Notes: a model not told the origin generated them from the letters alone. A stretch of DNA of 64,000 nucleotides from an uncultured Methylomirabilota bacterium (GCA_963705305.1 OY970067.1:1856001-1920000); one strand, 5' to 3'. Shown: positions 10,861 to 22,269, counted from the stretch's first letter. Numbers and translations: made by a program.

Positions 10861-13552
10861 GTGGCGCGAGCAGGCCCCCAAGACTCCGAGTGGCGCACCC
10901 GCAAGCGCCTGATCGACCCCAGACTGCGCGCTGCCGGCTGGCGGGTGGTGAAGTTTGACCCCACCCACCCGTTCGGCAAGTCCGATGCCCTCGCTGTCGA
11001 GGAGTTCCCCACCGACAACGGCCCCGCTGACTACGCCCTCTGCGTGGACGGCCGGCTCCTCGGCGTCGTCGAGGCCAAGAAGCTCACCCTCGGCCCGCAG
11101 AATGCCCTGACCCAAGCCGAGCGCTATTCCCGCGGGGCCACGGCGAGCCCCCTCGACTTCAGCGGTTTTCACGTTCCTTTCCTCTATGCCACAAACGGCG
11201 AGGTTCTCTGGCACCACGACGTGCGGCATCCCCAGAGCCGCTCGCGCCGGATCGCCCATTTCCACACCCCGGACGCCCTGCGCGAACTGCTTGCCCGCGA
11301 CACCGAGGCGGCCTGTGACCAGCTGCTCCTGACCCCGAACAACCATCCCCGCCTCCGCCCCTACCAGGGCGAGGCGAACGCCGCCATCGAGCAGGCTCTC
11401 GCCGATCGGAAACGGCACATGCTGGTCGCCATGGCCACGGGGACCGGCAAGACGTTCACGATGGTGAACGAGGTCTACCGCCTGATGAAGGCCGGCGTGG
11501 CCCGGCGGGTCCTCTTCCTGGTGGACCGGCGGGCCCTGGCGGCCCAGGCGGCGCGCGAGTTCGCCTCCTTCGAGGCCGAGCCGGGGAAGAAATTCACCGC
11601 CATCTACGAGGTGTACAGCCAGCGGTTCCGGCGGGAAGACGTTCGAGGGCGAGCCGTTCGACCCCAACGTCCTGCCGGTCTCGTATCTCACGGCGCCTCA
11701 GGCGAGCCACGCCTTCGTCTACATCAGCACCATCCAGCGGATGACCATCAACCTCTTCGGCCGGGCCGCGGCTTTCCCGGCCGGGGACGAGGAAGACGAG
11801 CCGGACGCCGACCGCCTGGACGTCCCCATCCATGCCTTCGACCTCGTCATCGCCGACGAGTGCCACCGGGGCTACACCGCCGCCGAGGTGGCCGTCTGGC
11901 GGAATACCCTGGAGCACTTCGACGCGGTGAAGATCGGCCTCACGGCGACCCCCGCTGCCCACACCACCAGCTACTTCACCAACCTCGTGTTCCGCTACGA
12001 GTACGAGCGGGCCGTGGGGGAAGGGTACCTGGTGGACTACGACGCCGTAGCCGTCCGGTCGGATGTCCGGATGCACGGGCTCTTCCTACCGGAGGGGCAG
12101 CAGGTCGGGATGGTGGACCCCGCCACGGGGGCGGAGCAGCTCGACCTCCTGGAGGCGGAGCGGCAGTACGACACGACCGACATCGAGCGCGGGGTGACCG
12201 CCCCGGACTCCAACCGGAAGATCCTGGAAGAGGTGCGGAGCTACGCCCGCGCCCACGAGGCAGAGTACGGCCGGTTCCCCAAGACGCTGATTTTCGCCGT
12301 TCACGACCTGCCCCACACCTCGCACGCCGACCAGCTTGTGGACCTCGCCCGGGACGTCTTCGGCCAGGGCGACAGCTTCGTCCAGAAGATCACCGGCCGG
12401 GTGGACCGCCCCCTCCAGCGCATCCGGGAGTTCCGCAACCGGAAACTGCCGGCCGTGGTCGTGACCGTGGACATGCTCTCGACGGGCGTGGACATCCCCG
12501 ACCTGGAGTTCATCGTCCTCCTCCGGCCGGTGAAATCGCGCATCCTCTTCGAGCAGATGCTGGGGCGGGGGACGCGCAAGGGCGAGCACTTCCCCGACAA
12601 GACCCACTTCACCGTCTTCGACTGCCTGGGTGGGTCGCTTCTGGAGTACTTCCGCAAAGTGACGGGCATCACCGCCGAGCTGCCCCTCAAAGAGACCCGG
12701 GCGATCGCGGAGCTCATCGAGGACATCTGGCAGAACCGGGACCGGGACTACAACACCCGCTGCCTGGTGAAGCGCTTCCACCGGATTGCCAAAGCCATGT
12801 CGGGGGACGCCCGGGACCTCTTCGCCCGGTTCGTCCCGCAGGGCGATCTCGGCGCCTTCGCCGCCGAGCTGCCCGCGCGCCTCACCCGGGAGTTCTCCGA
12901 CACCATGGCGATCCTGCGCGATCCCGACTTCCAGAAGCTGTTGGAGGATTACCCCCGGCAGGCACGGCCGTTCGTCGTGGCCTACGAGGCCCAGGACACC
13001 GTGGACAGCACCCGGCTGGTCCGCGGCCCCGATGGGACAGAGTACAAGCCCGACGATTACCTGGCGGCCTTCGCCCGCTTTGTGGCGGAGAACGCCGACG
13101 AGATCGCCGCCCTTCGGATCCTCCTGACCGCTCCCCGCGACTGGAACCCGCAGGCCCTCACGGAGCTGCGCAAGCGCCTGCTGGAGTCGTCGCGCCACTT
13201 TACCGAGGCCAGCCTCCAGCGGGCGCACGAGCTGCACTACCGGAAGGCGCTGGTGGACATCATCTCGATGGTCAAGCACGCGGCCCGGGAGGACGAGCCG
13301 CTCTTCACTGCGGGGGAGCGGGTCCAGCGGGCCTTTCTGCGGGTGACCGCCGGCCGGACGTTCACGGCGGAGCAGCAGGAGTGGCTGGACCGGATCCGGG
13401 TGCACCTGGTAGAGAACCTGTCCATCGAGCAGCAGGACTTCGACGATCTTCCCGTCTTCAGCCGGCACGGCGGCTGGGGCCGGGCCAACGGGGCGTTCAC
13501 TGACAGCCTGCCGGCGCTGCTGCGCGGGCTGAACGAGGCCATCGCGGCATGA
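10861..13552 (+). CDS. hsdR: Type I restriction subunit R (one extra base at ~11641)
   Basis: ADY...VEAKK, MATGTGKT, DECHRG, GLTATP and QMLGRGTR; removing G11641 joins the two ORFs. Confidence 0.9.
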
Positions 13553-14970
13553 GCAACGTCGTCCAAAAACTCTGGGGCTTCTGCCATACCCTCCGGCACG
13601 ATGGGATCGACCACGGAGACTACATCGAGCAGATCACGTATCTTCTCTTCATCAAGATGGCCGACGAGCGGGGCGTGGCCCTGCCGAAGGACACCGACTG
13701 GAGCAGCCTGACCAAACGGGCCGGGACGGACCTATCCGAGCATTATCAAGATGCGTTGCGGAGGCTCGGTAAGCAGGGGGGCATCCTGGGCGACATCTTC
13801 GCCGACGCCCAGTCCCGCTTCAACAACCCGGTCAACCTCAAGAAGCTTGTCACCCTGGTGGACGAGACCGAGTGGACGGCCCTGGAGGTGGACGTGAAGG
13901 CGGCAGCCTTCGAGGGGCTACTGGAGAAGGCGGCCAGTGAGGGCAAGAAGGGCGCGGGCCAGTATTTCACCCCCCGGATCCTGATCCAGACCATCGTCCG
14001 GTGTATGCGGCCCGATCCCCGGCCCCGGCGCGACTTCACCATCTGCGACCCCGCCTGCGGCACCGGCGGCTTCCTGGTGGCAGCGTACGAGTGGCTGATG
14101 GCGCAGACAAAAGGCGCGCTGGAGCGGGATGTCTGGAAGCGCGTGCGGAAGAGCACCTACTACGGCCAGGACCTCGTGGCCCGGCCTCGCCGCCTGGCCC
14201 TCATGAACCTTTTCCTCCACGGGCTGGAGCCGACGATCCACCTGGGAGACGCCATCTACGAGGCGCCGCGCTCGGAATGGTTCGATGTGGTGATGACCAA
14301 TCCCCCCTTCGGGACCAAGGGGGCGAATCAGGCGCCCGTCCGCGAGGACTTCACTGTCGCCACCTCGAACAAGCAGCTCAACTTCGTCCAGCATGTCCTG
14401 ACCCTCCTCAAGCCCGGCGGCCGGGCCGCCATCGTCCTGCCCGACAATTGCCTCTTCGCCGACCAGGCGGGCGAGGTCTTCAAGATCGTGGCCGAGGACT
14501 GCAACCTCCACACGATCCTCCGCCTCCCACGGGGCACCTTCACCCCCTATAGCCCCGGCGTGAAGGCCAACGTCGCCTTCTTCACCAAGGGCTATCCCAC
14601 CGAGACCGTCTGGATCTACGACGCCCGGACCAACGTCCCGGGGATCACCAAAAAGGATCGTCCCCTCGCCGAGTTCCACTTCGCCGAGTTCGAGAAGTGC
14701 TACGGGGCCGACCCCAACGGAGGACCGAAGCGGAAGCCTAGCGCTTCCAAGGAAGACCGTTGGCGCTCGTTCGGTATCGCCGAGGTCAAGGGGCGCGGCT
14801 TCAAGCTGGACAGTTTCAAGTGGCTGAAAGAGGAATCCCTAGAAGACCCCGACGACCTTCCCGAGCCCGAAGAACTCGCCACCGACGCCATCAGCGAGCT
14901 GGAGGCCGCGGTGGAAGAGCTGAATAAGGTGCTGGTCCTGCTGGAGAACGGGAACGGGGGCCAGGCATGA
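13549..14970 (+). CDS. hsdM: Type I methyltransferase subunit M
   Basis: GQYFTPR, DPACGTGGFL, TNPPFG. Confidence 0.95.
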   Translation: MSNVVQKLWGFCHTLRHDGIDHGDYIEQITYLLFIKMADERGVALPKDTDWSSLTKRAGTDLSEHYQDALRRLGKQGGILGDIFADAQSRFNNPVNLKKLVTLVDETEWTALEVDVKAAAFEGLLEKAASEGKKGAGQYFTPRILIQTIVRCMRPDPRPRRDFTICDPACGTGGFLVAAYEWLMAQTKGALERDVWKRVRKSTYYGQDLVARPRRLALMNLFLHGLEPTIHLGDAIYEAPRSEWFDVVMTNPPFGTKGANQAPVREDFTVATSNKQLNFVQHVLTLLKPGGRAAIVLPDNCLFADQAGEVFKIVAEDCNLHTILRLPRGTFTPYSPGVKANVAFFTKGYPTETVWIYDARTNVPGITKKDRPLAEFHFAEFEKCYGADPNGGPKRKPSASKEDRWRSFGIAEVKGRGFKLDSFKWLKEESLEDPDDLPEPEELATDAISELEAAVEELNKVLVLLENGNGGQA

Positions 14971-16553
14971 TGGCCATCACCGCAACAAAGCCCGATTTGC
15001 CCATTGAAGATTCATTGGATGTTGAGGAACTGCCTGAGGGGTGGTGCCTTGTCAGGCTGCCCGATGTTTGCGCCATCAATATGGGTCAGTCACCTCCAGG
15101 GAGAACCTATAACGAGAGGAGGGATGGCTTGCCCTTCTTTCAGGGCAAGGCGGATTTTGGGCCCCTTCATCCAACGGCTCGTAAGTGGTGTTCAGCACCA
15201 TCAAAGACTGCTCGCCCAGGCGACATCCTTATTTCAATTCGGGCACCTGTAGGTCCGACCAACATCGCCGATCAGACCTGCGCAATCGGCCGGGGTCTTT
15301 CTGCGTTGAGCCCGCTAGGCGGAATTCCCAGTCTCTTCATACTTTACGCTCTTCGGTTACAGGAAAAAGCCCTTGCCGAGCAAGGAACCGGCTCCACGTT
15401 TACAGCGATCACACGAGATCACCTAGAAGCCATTAGACTCAGGCTACCTCCTCTGGCCGAGCAGAAGCGGATTGTGGCAAAGGTAGAGGAGTTGCTCGCA
15501 CGCGTGAACGCCGGACGCGAGCGGCTGGCACGTGTCCCTGCCATCCTCAAACGCTTCCGCCAATCCGTCCTCGCCGCCGCCTGCTCGGGTCGCCTTACAT
15601 CAGACTGGCGCGACCAAGGGATCGGACAAGAGACAGAATTGAATAGGCGCCAAGCGGTGCTCAGAGAGCAACTCAATTACCGTGGAGGCGATACAAGGGG
15701 TGGAAATCGTAGCGCAAACAGAAAGGCTGGATCAGAATCTACCGAAGAGTCAATCGGCATCGATGTTAGCAATCTGCCTGAATTGCCCCGTGGGTGGATC
15801 TGGGTGTCACTTGATGCCCTTATCGCATATGGGCCGCAGAACGGCCTATATAAGCCAGCCTCAGACTATGGTGACGGTGTGCCTATTGTCAGGATCGAGA
15901 ATTACCAGGACGACTTTATCCAACCACGCAGCTCCCTCTTAAGGCTCCGCGCCAGCAGTGATGAGAGGTCCTTATACGGTCTCGAGTCTGGAGATTTGTT
16001 GGTAAATAGGGTGAATAGCCCAACACATCTCGGCAAGTCCATAGTCGTTCCTCAGAGTATTTGTCCGGCGGTTTTCGAGTCAAATATGATGAGGATTCGC
16101 GTGTCCGGGGCGGTAATGGCCGAGTGGTTGCATATGTATCTACGCAGTGATGACGGGCGTGCCAGATTGATAGCCGACGCGAAATGGGCCGTCAATCAGG
16201 CGAGTATTAACCAGACAGATGTCCGAAGTACCCCGGTACCGATTCCTTCAGTGGATGAACAACGTGAGGCAGTAAGGAGAACCAAGTCGCTCTTAAATTC
16301 AACTGAGAGAATTGCAAATCGAGTGACGGTAGCAACGTCATACGTGGAAAAAATGAGGCAAGGGATCCTGGCCGGGGCATTCCAGGGCGATTTGGTCCCG
16401 ACCGAGGCCGACTTGGCCCGTGCCGAAGGCCGCCCCTATGAATCCGCGTCTTGTCTCCTTGCGCGGATTCGCTCTGCCCGAACTGCGGAATCCTCGCAGA
16501 TGTCAAGGGCCAGTGATCTGGGGAATTCACGCAACCGCAGGGACGGAATGTGA
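14967..16553 (+). CDS. hsdS: Type I specificity subunit S
   Basis: Two TRDs separated by LPPLAEQKRIV...RFRQSVLAAACSGRLT; AFQGDLVP tail. Confidence 0.92.
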   Translation: MMAITATKPDLPIEDSLDVEELPEGWCLVRLPDVCAINMGQSPPGRTYNERRDGLPFFQGKADFGPLHPTARKWCSAPSKTARPGDILISIRAPVGPTNIADQTCAIGRGLSALSPLGGIPSLFILYALRLQEKALAEQGTGSTFTAITRDHLEAIRLRLPPLAEQKRIVAKVEELLARVNAGRERLARVPAILKRFRQSVLAAACSGRLTSDWRDQGIGQETELNRRQAVLREQLNYRGGDTRGGNRSANRKAGSESTEESIGIDVSNLPELPRGWIWVSLDALIAYGPQNGLYKPASDYGDGVPIVRIENYQDDFIQPRSSLLRLRASSDERSLYGLESGDLLVNRVNSPTHLGKSIVVPQSICPAVFESNMMRIRVSGAVMAEWLHMYLRSDDGRARLIADAKWAVNQASINQTDVRSTPVPIPSVDEQREAVRRTKSLLNSTERIANRVTVATSYVEKMRQGILAGAFQGDLVPTEADLARAEGRPYESASCLLARIRSARTAESSQMSRASDLGNSRNRRDGM

Positions 16554-17146
16554 TGACGGCAATTCGCTCGCCAATGAGCGCCGGAGGTGGTTGGCGGTTG
16601 ATTTCCCTGTATTCAAACTACCTGAATCTCGTGCGCCAGAATTTCGAGGAAAACAGGGCATTCGAAGCTATAACCATCTCCTGCATCTGCCTGGACGTCC
16701 TTCTTCATCAGATGGTCGATGGACTGGAGACAAATCACAAAGCGCAACTGGAGCCCGACCAGATTGAATGTATCCGTGGGATCAAGGCGAGGGCTCTGAC
16801 TGCAGGCCAGATTATCAAAGTTCTTGATGAGAGCAAGGTGCTCGATCGACGTCTTCTGAAAGCACTGAACAAATTGAATGAAATCCGGAATCTTCTGGTC
16901 CATCCAACCAAGGGCGATGGTCTTAAGGACGATGCAATTATTCCTCTTGCCGGACACTACAAGACGGAGCACATAGAATATGCTCGCAAAGTGTACCGGC
17001 TACTGTGCCACATTGTTGATGTGGCAGGCGGTAGCTCCCCTCGAAAAGATGACCGATACAAGGGGAGCTTCAGTCGGTCACTCGCACGGATGCAGCGGCA
17101 GAGGCGGGAAGCCTGTACTGAATTGCGGAAACGAAACAAAACCTAA
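16550..17146 (+). CDS. Hypothetical helical protein (possibly HEPN-like)
   Basis: Coupled to hsdS; LNEIRNLLVH resembles an RxxxxH motif. Confidence 0.55.
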   Translation: MMTAIRSPMSAGGGWRLISLYSNYLNLVRQNFEENRAFEAITISCICLDVLLHQMVDGLETNHKAQLEPDQIECIRGIKARALTAGQIIKVLDESKVLDRRLLKALNKLNEIRNLLVHPTKGDGLKDDAIIPLAGHYKTEHIEYARKVYRLLCHIVDVAGGSSPRKDDRYKGSFSRSLARMQRQRREACTELRKRNKT

Positions 17147-17179
17147 GCACACTGAAAGAGGGACAGAGATAGAACAAAA

Positions 17180-17320
17180 AAGAGTCGTCCGAGGGACCCG
17201 TGCAGGAAGAGATGGGGACACGGACGCTCTTTTTCTGAAGGCCAACTGTGTGGTTGTCGGCTGAGCCAAGATGGCCAATCTCGCGGCCATTGCGCCCATC
17301 AGGGACGCGCTCAAAGTAAT
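17180..17320 (+). pseudogene. Relic of an Mrr-type restriction endonuclease N-terminus
   Basis: RAGRDGDTDALFLKANCVVVG*AKMANLAAIAPIRDALK with an internal stop; ends at a GGGGAC element. Confidence 0.5.
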
Positions 17321-17503
17321 TGGGGACACTGCATTCTTATTAACTGGCAGGGCTCCTCGACCATGCTTCGAAACGCGGGGCTGGCGCACCCCGGGCGGCC
17401 CCTCGCCGTGATCCGCGAAGCGGCCCGCCGGGGGGCCGCGCATGCCCGGAAGTGGGGCCGCCTCCTCGGAGGCTAAGCGAGGCGAAGTAAATTGGAGCGT
17501 CCC
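17321..17503. repeat. GGGAC...GTCCC-bounded miniature element
   Basis: Inverted ends GGGACACTGCA / TGGAGCGTCCC; interior similar to 37640-37766. Confidence 0.7.
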
Positions 17504-17665
17504 GTATTCCATTGACGTGGGACGATTTCACGATCGATTACATCAAACCGCATAGCAAGGGCGGTCGAAGTCAACTAGAGAACGCGTTTTTAGTGTGCCG
17601 AGAGCGCAACTCCAAGAAAGGAAATTGGCGAAAGAAAAGGACTTCGAATTGATGGAGGGTGTCAC

Positions 17666-20212
17666 GTGTCTCCGGGAGATAAGCATTACGAGAACGAAGT
17701 GCGGGAGGCCATCGAGCGACTACTTTCGACCGGCATCAAAGAATTCACCGAGATTCTCAAAGCCCTCGGCGGAGCCGATCCGAAGCTCGTTCGTCAACTG
17801 CTGGACGAGATTGGGAATCGTCCGATCCTTGAACCTGTTTCATCCATCGATTCGTTTCGAGCCCGACGCCTCACCGCCGCGTTACCGTTGAAACTGCCAG
17901 CCCCCAATCCGATGGTCAGCCAGTGGTGGTTCACACTGGATACGGTATCCTTTCTGTCGAAAGATGTTTGGGAATTCGCCGGACATCAGCCTGCAGCATT
18001 TCTCGGCGCACCATCAGTTGCCTTCCATTACGCGCACTGCTACAACACACCTACAACCGTCCTCGACATCGACCCGGATGTTCTTCGCGCATTGGAACTT
18101 CCCGCTTCCGGAACGAAGCAAATATACGACGCGTCCTGCCCGATCCCGGAGGGTTTAGGGGGGAAACATTCGGTCGTCCTTGTGGATCCTCCCTGGTACA
18201 ACAGGGAGGTCCAACTCTTTATTGCGCGGGCACGGGAACTCCTTTTTCCCCAAGGATTTATCCTTTGCGTGTTGCCTTCTCGCCTAACCAGGGCGGGAGT
18301 TGTGGCTGATCGTAGTGAACTGCTCGCTCGACTTCTTGCCGCTCATTTCGAAATCGCGGCGTTGGACTCAGATTGCGTTGACTCTACTGTGCCAGAATTT
18401 GAATCCTGCGCATACTCCTCCATTCCGGGCTTTACTGGCAAGTCCTGGCGCCGGGGTGATCTGCTAGTACTCCGAGTGTCCGCAGAGTCTACCCTCACGG
18501 CAGGCCCAGTGTCTCCGTTCAGGATCGAGATCTTCTCCAGGGTTCCAGGGCGTCGTCGCTATTTCCTTGCGCCTGATCGGGTGACCGCCAAGATGCCGTC
18601 GTTTGTGGAGCAGGTGGCATCTTTTGAAACCACAGTCAGCATGCGAACGCCATCAATTGAGGCTGTCGCCGTCTGGGGCTCCAACAAGAAGGGTGTTCAG
18701 GTCCGTGACGCTGGGCTTGCGCGGCGCATTCTAGAACTCTGGCAATCAGGTAAGTCGATCAAAGAAGCCCTCAGCACCCTGGAGTCATCAGGGCCCCTCG
18801 ACCGAGAGGTCGAGGTCTTTGCGGGCGCGCTCGGCCTGTGGAGTGACGACGAGCAATCAACGAGGCGGCGTGGACCAGACGAGTTGGAGGCCCAAAGACA
18901 CAATACTCTTTCAGACGTAGCCGCGCATCCTACCGCACGGCAACACGAGTATGAGTCCGACGGGTTTCGCATATCCTTTCAGAGAGACAGGGACCGGATA
19001 TTGTGGTCGCATTCCCTGAGGCGATTGGCAAACAAGACCCAGCTGTTTCCAGTCAGGAGCGACGACCATCTTCGACGCCGGCTTGCGCACACAATCGAGG
19101 TTATGCAACTTGCGACAACCATCGCTGCCGCGTTCGGGCTCGACCATCAATTGACTGAAGCTGGCGCACTGGCTCACGATCTCGGGCACGCACCGTTTGG
19201 GCATGCTGGGGAGCACGCCATTGATGCCGTGCTGAATGAGATAAACCCGCATCTGAACGGATTCAACCACTACGAGCATGGGGTGGACGTGGTCCGGTGG
19301 CTTGAGGACGTTTATCAATCTCCTGGAGCTGGCGGCTTCCCAGGTCTCAATCTGACTTTCGAAGTGATTGAGTGTATTTTCAAACATACCTACTTTCGAG
19401 GGGACGAGAAGTTGGGCCAGCGCTGGCTTTCCACGAGAACAAAGCATGAAGACCTTGCGAATGACTTATCCTGTCATATGGAGGGCCAGGCGGTACGAAT
19501 TGCCGACAAAGTGTCGTATTTCATTTCTGACCTTGAGGACGGCATACGTAACGGCATCATTGATCTTCCGGCTTTGATGGAATGCAAGTTCTTTCATCGG
19601 CCGCCAATTGACCTGATACCGAGCCATCACGAGTCGCTGTACGAACGCTTCATTTCACAGAGAAGGGCTGTTTTAAAGGTCATAATGGAGGATATCCTGA
19701 CAGCCACAGACAGGAGGATCGCGAGGTTCAAGAGCCTCAGTGATCTGCGGTCCGACAATTCGTATGTCGTGGTGTACTCAGACGGCCTGGCAGAAGACAT
19801 ATCGGAGGTATGGCGGAATTTACAGGTTGGCATCTTGCATAGGGATGCGGGCGTGGTCGCGGCGAATAATCGCGCGGCGAAGGTTGTGAGTGATCTCCTC
19901 CTTGTGTATGCCGTTGCGCCGCATCTTGTTGAGGAGCGGTTCAGAAGGATGCATGCACGTTTGCAGGATTCCGACTACATGAAATGGTACGTTGCACAGA
20001 TCGGTCCACACGTAGCACTATCTAAGCGCCGCGTGAGCACGATTGCGTATGAATATGCGATCGGCGGGCAACTGCAGTCTCAGAGCGAGAATTGGCTAAT
20101 CCCGACGAAGGACCTTATCCAGGCGAAGGATTACGTGGCGAGTCTGACAGACACGCGAGCGCTATCTGAACATCGCACTCATTGCGGAACCCTCTGGGAG
20201 TCCGGGGACTAG
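17666..20212 (+). CDS. Fusion of a methyltransferase-like domain and an HD-family dGTP triphosphohydrolase
   Basis: N-terminal FLGAPS, VLDID and LVDPPWY; C-terminal FQRDRDRI, NKTQLF, RLAHTIEV, AHDLGHAPFGHAGE, DLEDG and DYVASLTD. Confidence 0.85.
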   Translation: MSPGDKHYENEVREAIERLLSTGIKEFTEILKALGGADPKLVRQLLDEIGNRPILEPVSSIDSFRARRLTAALPLKLPAPNPMVSQWWFTLDTVSFLSKDVWEFAGHQPAAFLGAPSVAFHYAHCYNTPTTVLDIDPDVLRALELPASGTKQIYDASCPIPEGLGGKHSVVLVDPPWYNREVQLFIARARELLFPQGFILCVLPSRLTRAGVVADRSELLARLLAAHFEIAALDSDCVDSTVPEFESCAYSSIPGFTGKSWRRGDLLVLRVSAESTLTAGPVSPFRIEIFSRVPGRRRYFLAPDRVTAKMPSFVEQVASFETTVSMRTPSIEAVAVWGSNKKGVQVRDAGLARRILELWQSGKSIKEALSTLESSGPLDREVEVFAGALGLWSDDEQSTRRRGPDELEAQRHNTLSDVAAHPTARQHEYESDGFRISFQRDRDRILWSHSLRRLANKTQLFPVRSDDHLRRRLAHTIEVMQLATTIAAAFGLDHQLTEAGALAHDLGHAPFGHAGEHAIDAVLNEINPHLNGFNHYEHGVDVVRWLEDVYQSPGAGGFPGLNLTFEVIECIFKHTYFRGDEKLGQRWLSTRTKHEDLANDLSCHMEGQAVRIADKVSYFISDLEDGIRNGIIDLPALMECKFFHRPPIDLIPSHHESLYERFISQRRAVLKVIMEDILTATDRRIARFKSLSDLRSDNSYVVVYSDGLAEDISEVWRNLQVGILHRDAGVVAANNRAAKVVSDLLLVYAVAPHLVEERFRRMHARLQDSDYMKWYVAQIGPHVALSKRRVSTIAYEYAIGGQLQSQSENWLIPTKDLIQAKDYVASLTDTRALSEHRTHCGTLWESGD

Positions 20213-20270
20213 GAATCAGGTACCGGATAGTATGCCGGGAATACCATGGGACTAAAAAAGGTACCGGACG

Positions 20271-22269
20271 GTATGCCGTGGATACTCTGGAACTCGCCGG
20301 TGGAAGTCCGGCCCCGGGAGCGGGCAGCGCGCCCGGGTAGCTCGAGGGAGGTGCGAGGGGTAACCCAAGGCATCGAGTTCCCTGACGAGCGCGTCCGACG
20401 GACGTGCGCAACCTCGCAGGCCGTAGCGTGCAGCGAACCCAGGGGTAGCCTCGTTAACTTCAGTGAGGGCGTCGACTCCGTTGTCCGGGGAGGAAGACCG
20501 GTGCTTGGGTGACCACCGCGGCTGTCGGGTCATCTGAGGCCCTCCGGGGTAGCAGGGATGGCATGCGGGGACAGCTTCAGAGGGCACCACGGGAGAGCCT
20601 GGCCAGTGGCCCACAGGAGGCCAACCGGGGCGTATAAGGCACCGCCGAAGTCGCCGCCGGGCTGCCCAGGCAGTCGGAGCGGCCCACAGTACCGCCAGCA
20701 CCCGACGGACAACACAACCGTTGGGGAGGGAAGGGGCCGTGCTCTCACCACGCTTCCCACGGCGGGACGCGAGGAGGATTGCTGTGAGGCTTGAACCTCC
20801 AGAAGCAGTGCGCACCCTCCAGCGGAAGCTTTACTGCAAGGCCAAGTCGGAGCCCACCTTCCGGTTCTACCTCCTCTACGACAAGGTCTATCGGGCGGAC
20901 CTCCTGGGTCACGCCTGGGCCTTGGTGCGCGCGAACGGGGGCGCCGCCGGTGTGGATGGCGTCACCATCGCCGCCGTCGAGGCGGACGGGGTCGGTCCGT
21001 TCCTCGCGCGTCTGGCCGAGGAACTCCGGACGCACACCTACCGAACCGATCCCATCCGGCGTGTAATGATCCCCAAGCGGAAGGGCGGGGAGCGGCCCCT
21101 CGGCATCCCCACCGTGCGGGACCGAGTAGTCCAAGCGGCCACCGTCTTGGTCCTGGAGCCGATCTTCGAGGCGGACTTCCAGCCGTGCTCCTACGGCTTC
21201 CGGCCGAAGAAGGACGCGCACCAGGCCCTGGCGGAGATCTCCCGCACGCTCGCGCAGGGCTACACGCAGGTGCTCGACGCCGACCTCACGGCCTACTTCG
21301 ACTCGATTCCGCACGGCCAACTCCTGGCGGCGGTGGCGCGCCGCGTGACGGACCGGGCCATCCTCCGGCTCTGCACGCAGTGGCTTCGCGCCCCGGTGGT
21401 GGTCGAGCGGGACGACGGGAAGCGGGAGACGCGAGGCGGCAAGCGGACTCGCCGCGGGACGCCACAGGGTGGGGTGATCTCCCCGCTGCTCGCGAACGTG
21501 TACCTCCACGCCTTCGATAGGGCGTGGCGAGCGGGCGGGCTGGAGCGTCGCTGGCAGGCCCGGCTCATCCGGTACGCCGATGACTTCGTGGTGTGCTGTC
21601 GGGCGAAGGCGGCCCAGGTGCAGGCGGTCGTGGCGGAGCAGCTCCAGGCGCTCGGGCTGACGCTGAATCCGGCGAAGACCCGATGCCTGGATGCGCACCA
21701 GCAGGCCTTCACCTTCCTCGGGTTCACGGTGCGGCTCGTGCGGAGCCCACGGACAGGGCGCCTGTTTCCTCTGATCCGTCCCTCCGCCGCTGCCCGCCAG
21801 CAGCTCCGGGACCGGGTAAAGGCCCTCACCGGCCGCGACCACCTGGCGCTGCCGACCCCGACGCTCATCACGGCGGTCAATCAGGTCGTCCGCGGATGGG
21901 CGGGGTACTTCCATTTCCAACACTGCACGCGCGACTTCAGCGCTCTACGGTGGTTCATCGAGGAACGGGTCCGGACGTACCTGCGGCGCAAGCACCGCCA
22001 TCGGACGCGAGCGTACCAGGCGCTCCCGTGCACTGTGCTCTACGGGCGTCTGGGGCTCTACCGGTTGCCCGTGCGGGCGCCCTGGACCCCTCCGACGCAT
22101 GCCGGGCGGTGAAGGTGACCGGAGAGCCGGATGCGGGCAAACCGCACGTCCGGTTCGATGAGGGGGCGCTGGGGCTCGAGCAGGGTCGGGCTCGTGAGGC
22201 ACCGCCAGACGAAAGGGGCGGGAACAGCTAGGCGCGACCTACCCTCGAATAGCCAGTGCTCTACTCTAC
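20271..22269 (+). mobile_element. Full-length group II intron (class F-like, tentative)
   Basis: 5' GTATGCCG; RT ORF; DV GAGCCGGATGCG..CGCACGTCCGGTTC; long DVI ending CTCTAC; joined flanks rebuild the uninterrupted repeat seen at 22794-22830. Confidence 0.9.
20784..22112 (+). CDS. ltrA: Group II intron reverse transcriptase/maturase, no endonuclease domain
   Basis: GVDG, RPLGIPTVRDR, SYGFRP, GTPQGGVISPLLANVYL, RYADD, GWAGYF; RBS GAGGAGG. Confidence 0.95.
   Translation: MRLEPPEAVRTLQRKLYCKAKSEPTFRFYLLYDKVYRADLLGHAWALVRANGGAAGVDGVTIAAVEADGVGPFLARLAEELRTHTYRTDPIRRVMIPKRKGGERPLGIPTVRDRVVQAATVLVLEPIFEADFQPCSYGFRPKKDAHQALAEISRTLAQGYTQVLDADLTAYFDSIPHGQLLAAVARRVTDRAILRLCTQWLRAPVVVERDDGKRETRGGKRTRRGTPQGGVISPLLANVYLHAFDRAWRAGGLERRWQARLIRYADDFVVCCRAKAAQVQAVVAEQLQALGLTLNPAKTRCLDAHQQAFTFLGFTVRLVRSPRTGRLFPLIRPSAAARQQLRDRVKALTGRDHLALPTPTLITAVNQVVRGWAGYFHFQHCTRDFSALRWFIEERVRTYLRRKHRHRTRAYQALPCTVLYGRLGLYRLPVRAPWTPPTHAGR

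Noticed and set aside
10861..13503. 880-aa ORF as a novel HsdR fusion
   Set aside because: The tail after 11641 is an out-of-frame reading of hsdR
20784..22112. RT as a retron, DGR or Abi RT
   Set aside because: It has a maturase domain and is followed by canonical DV/DVI; no TR/VR pair was seen
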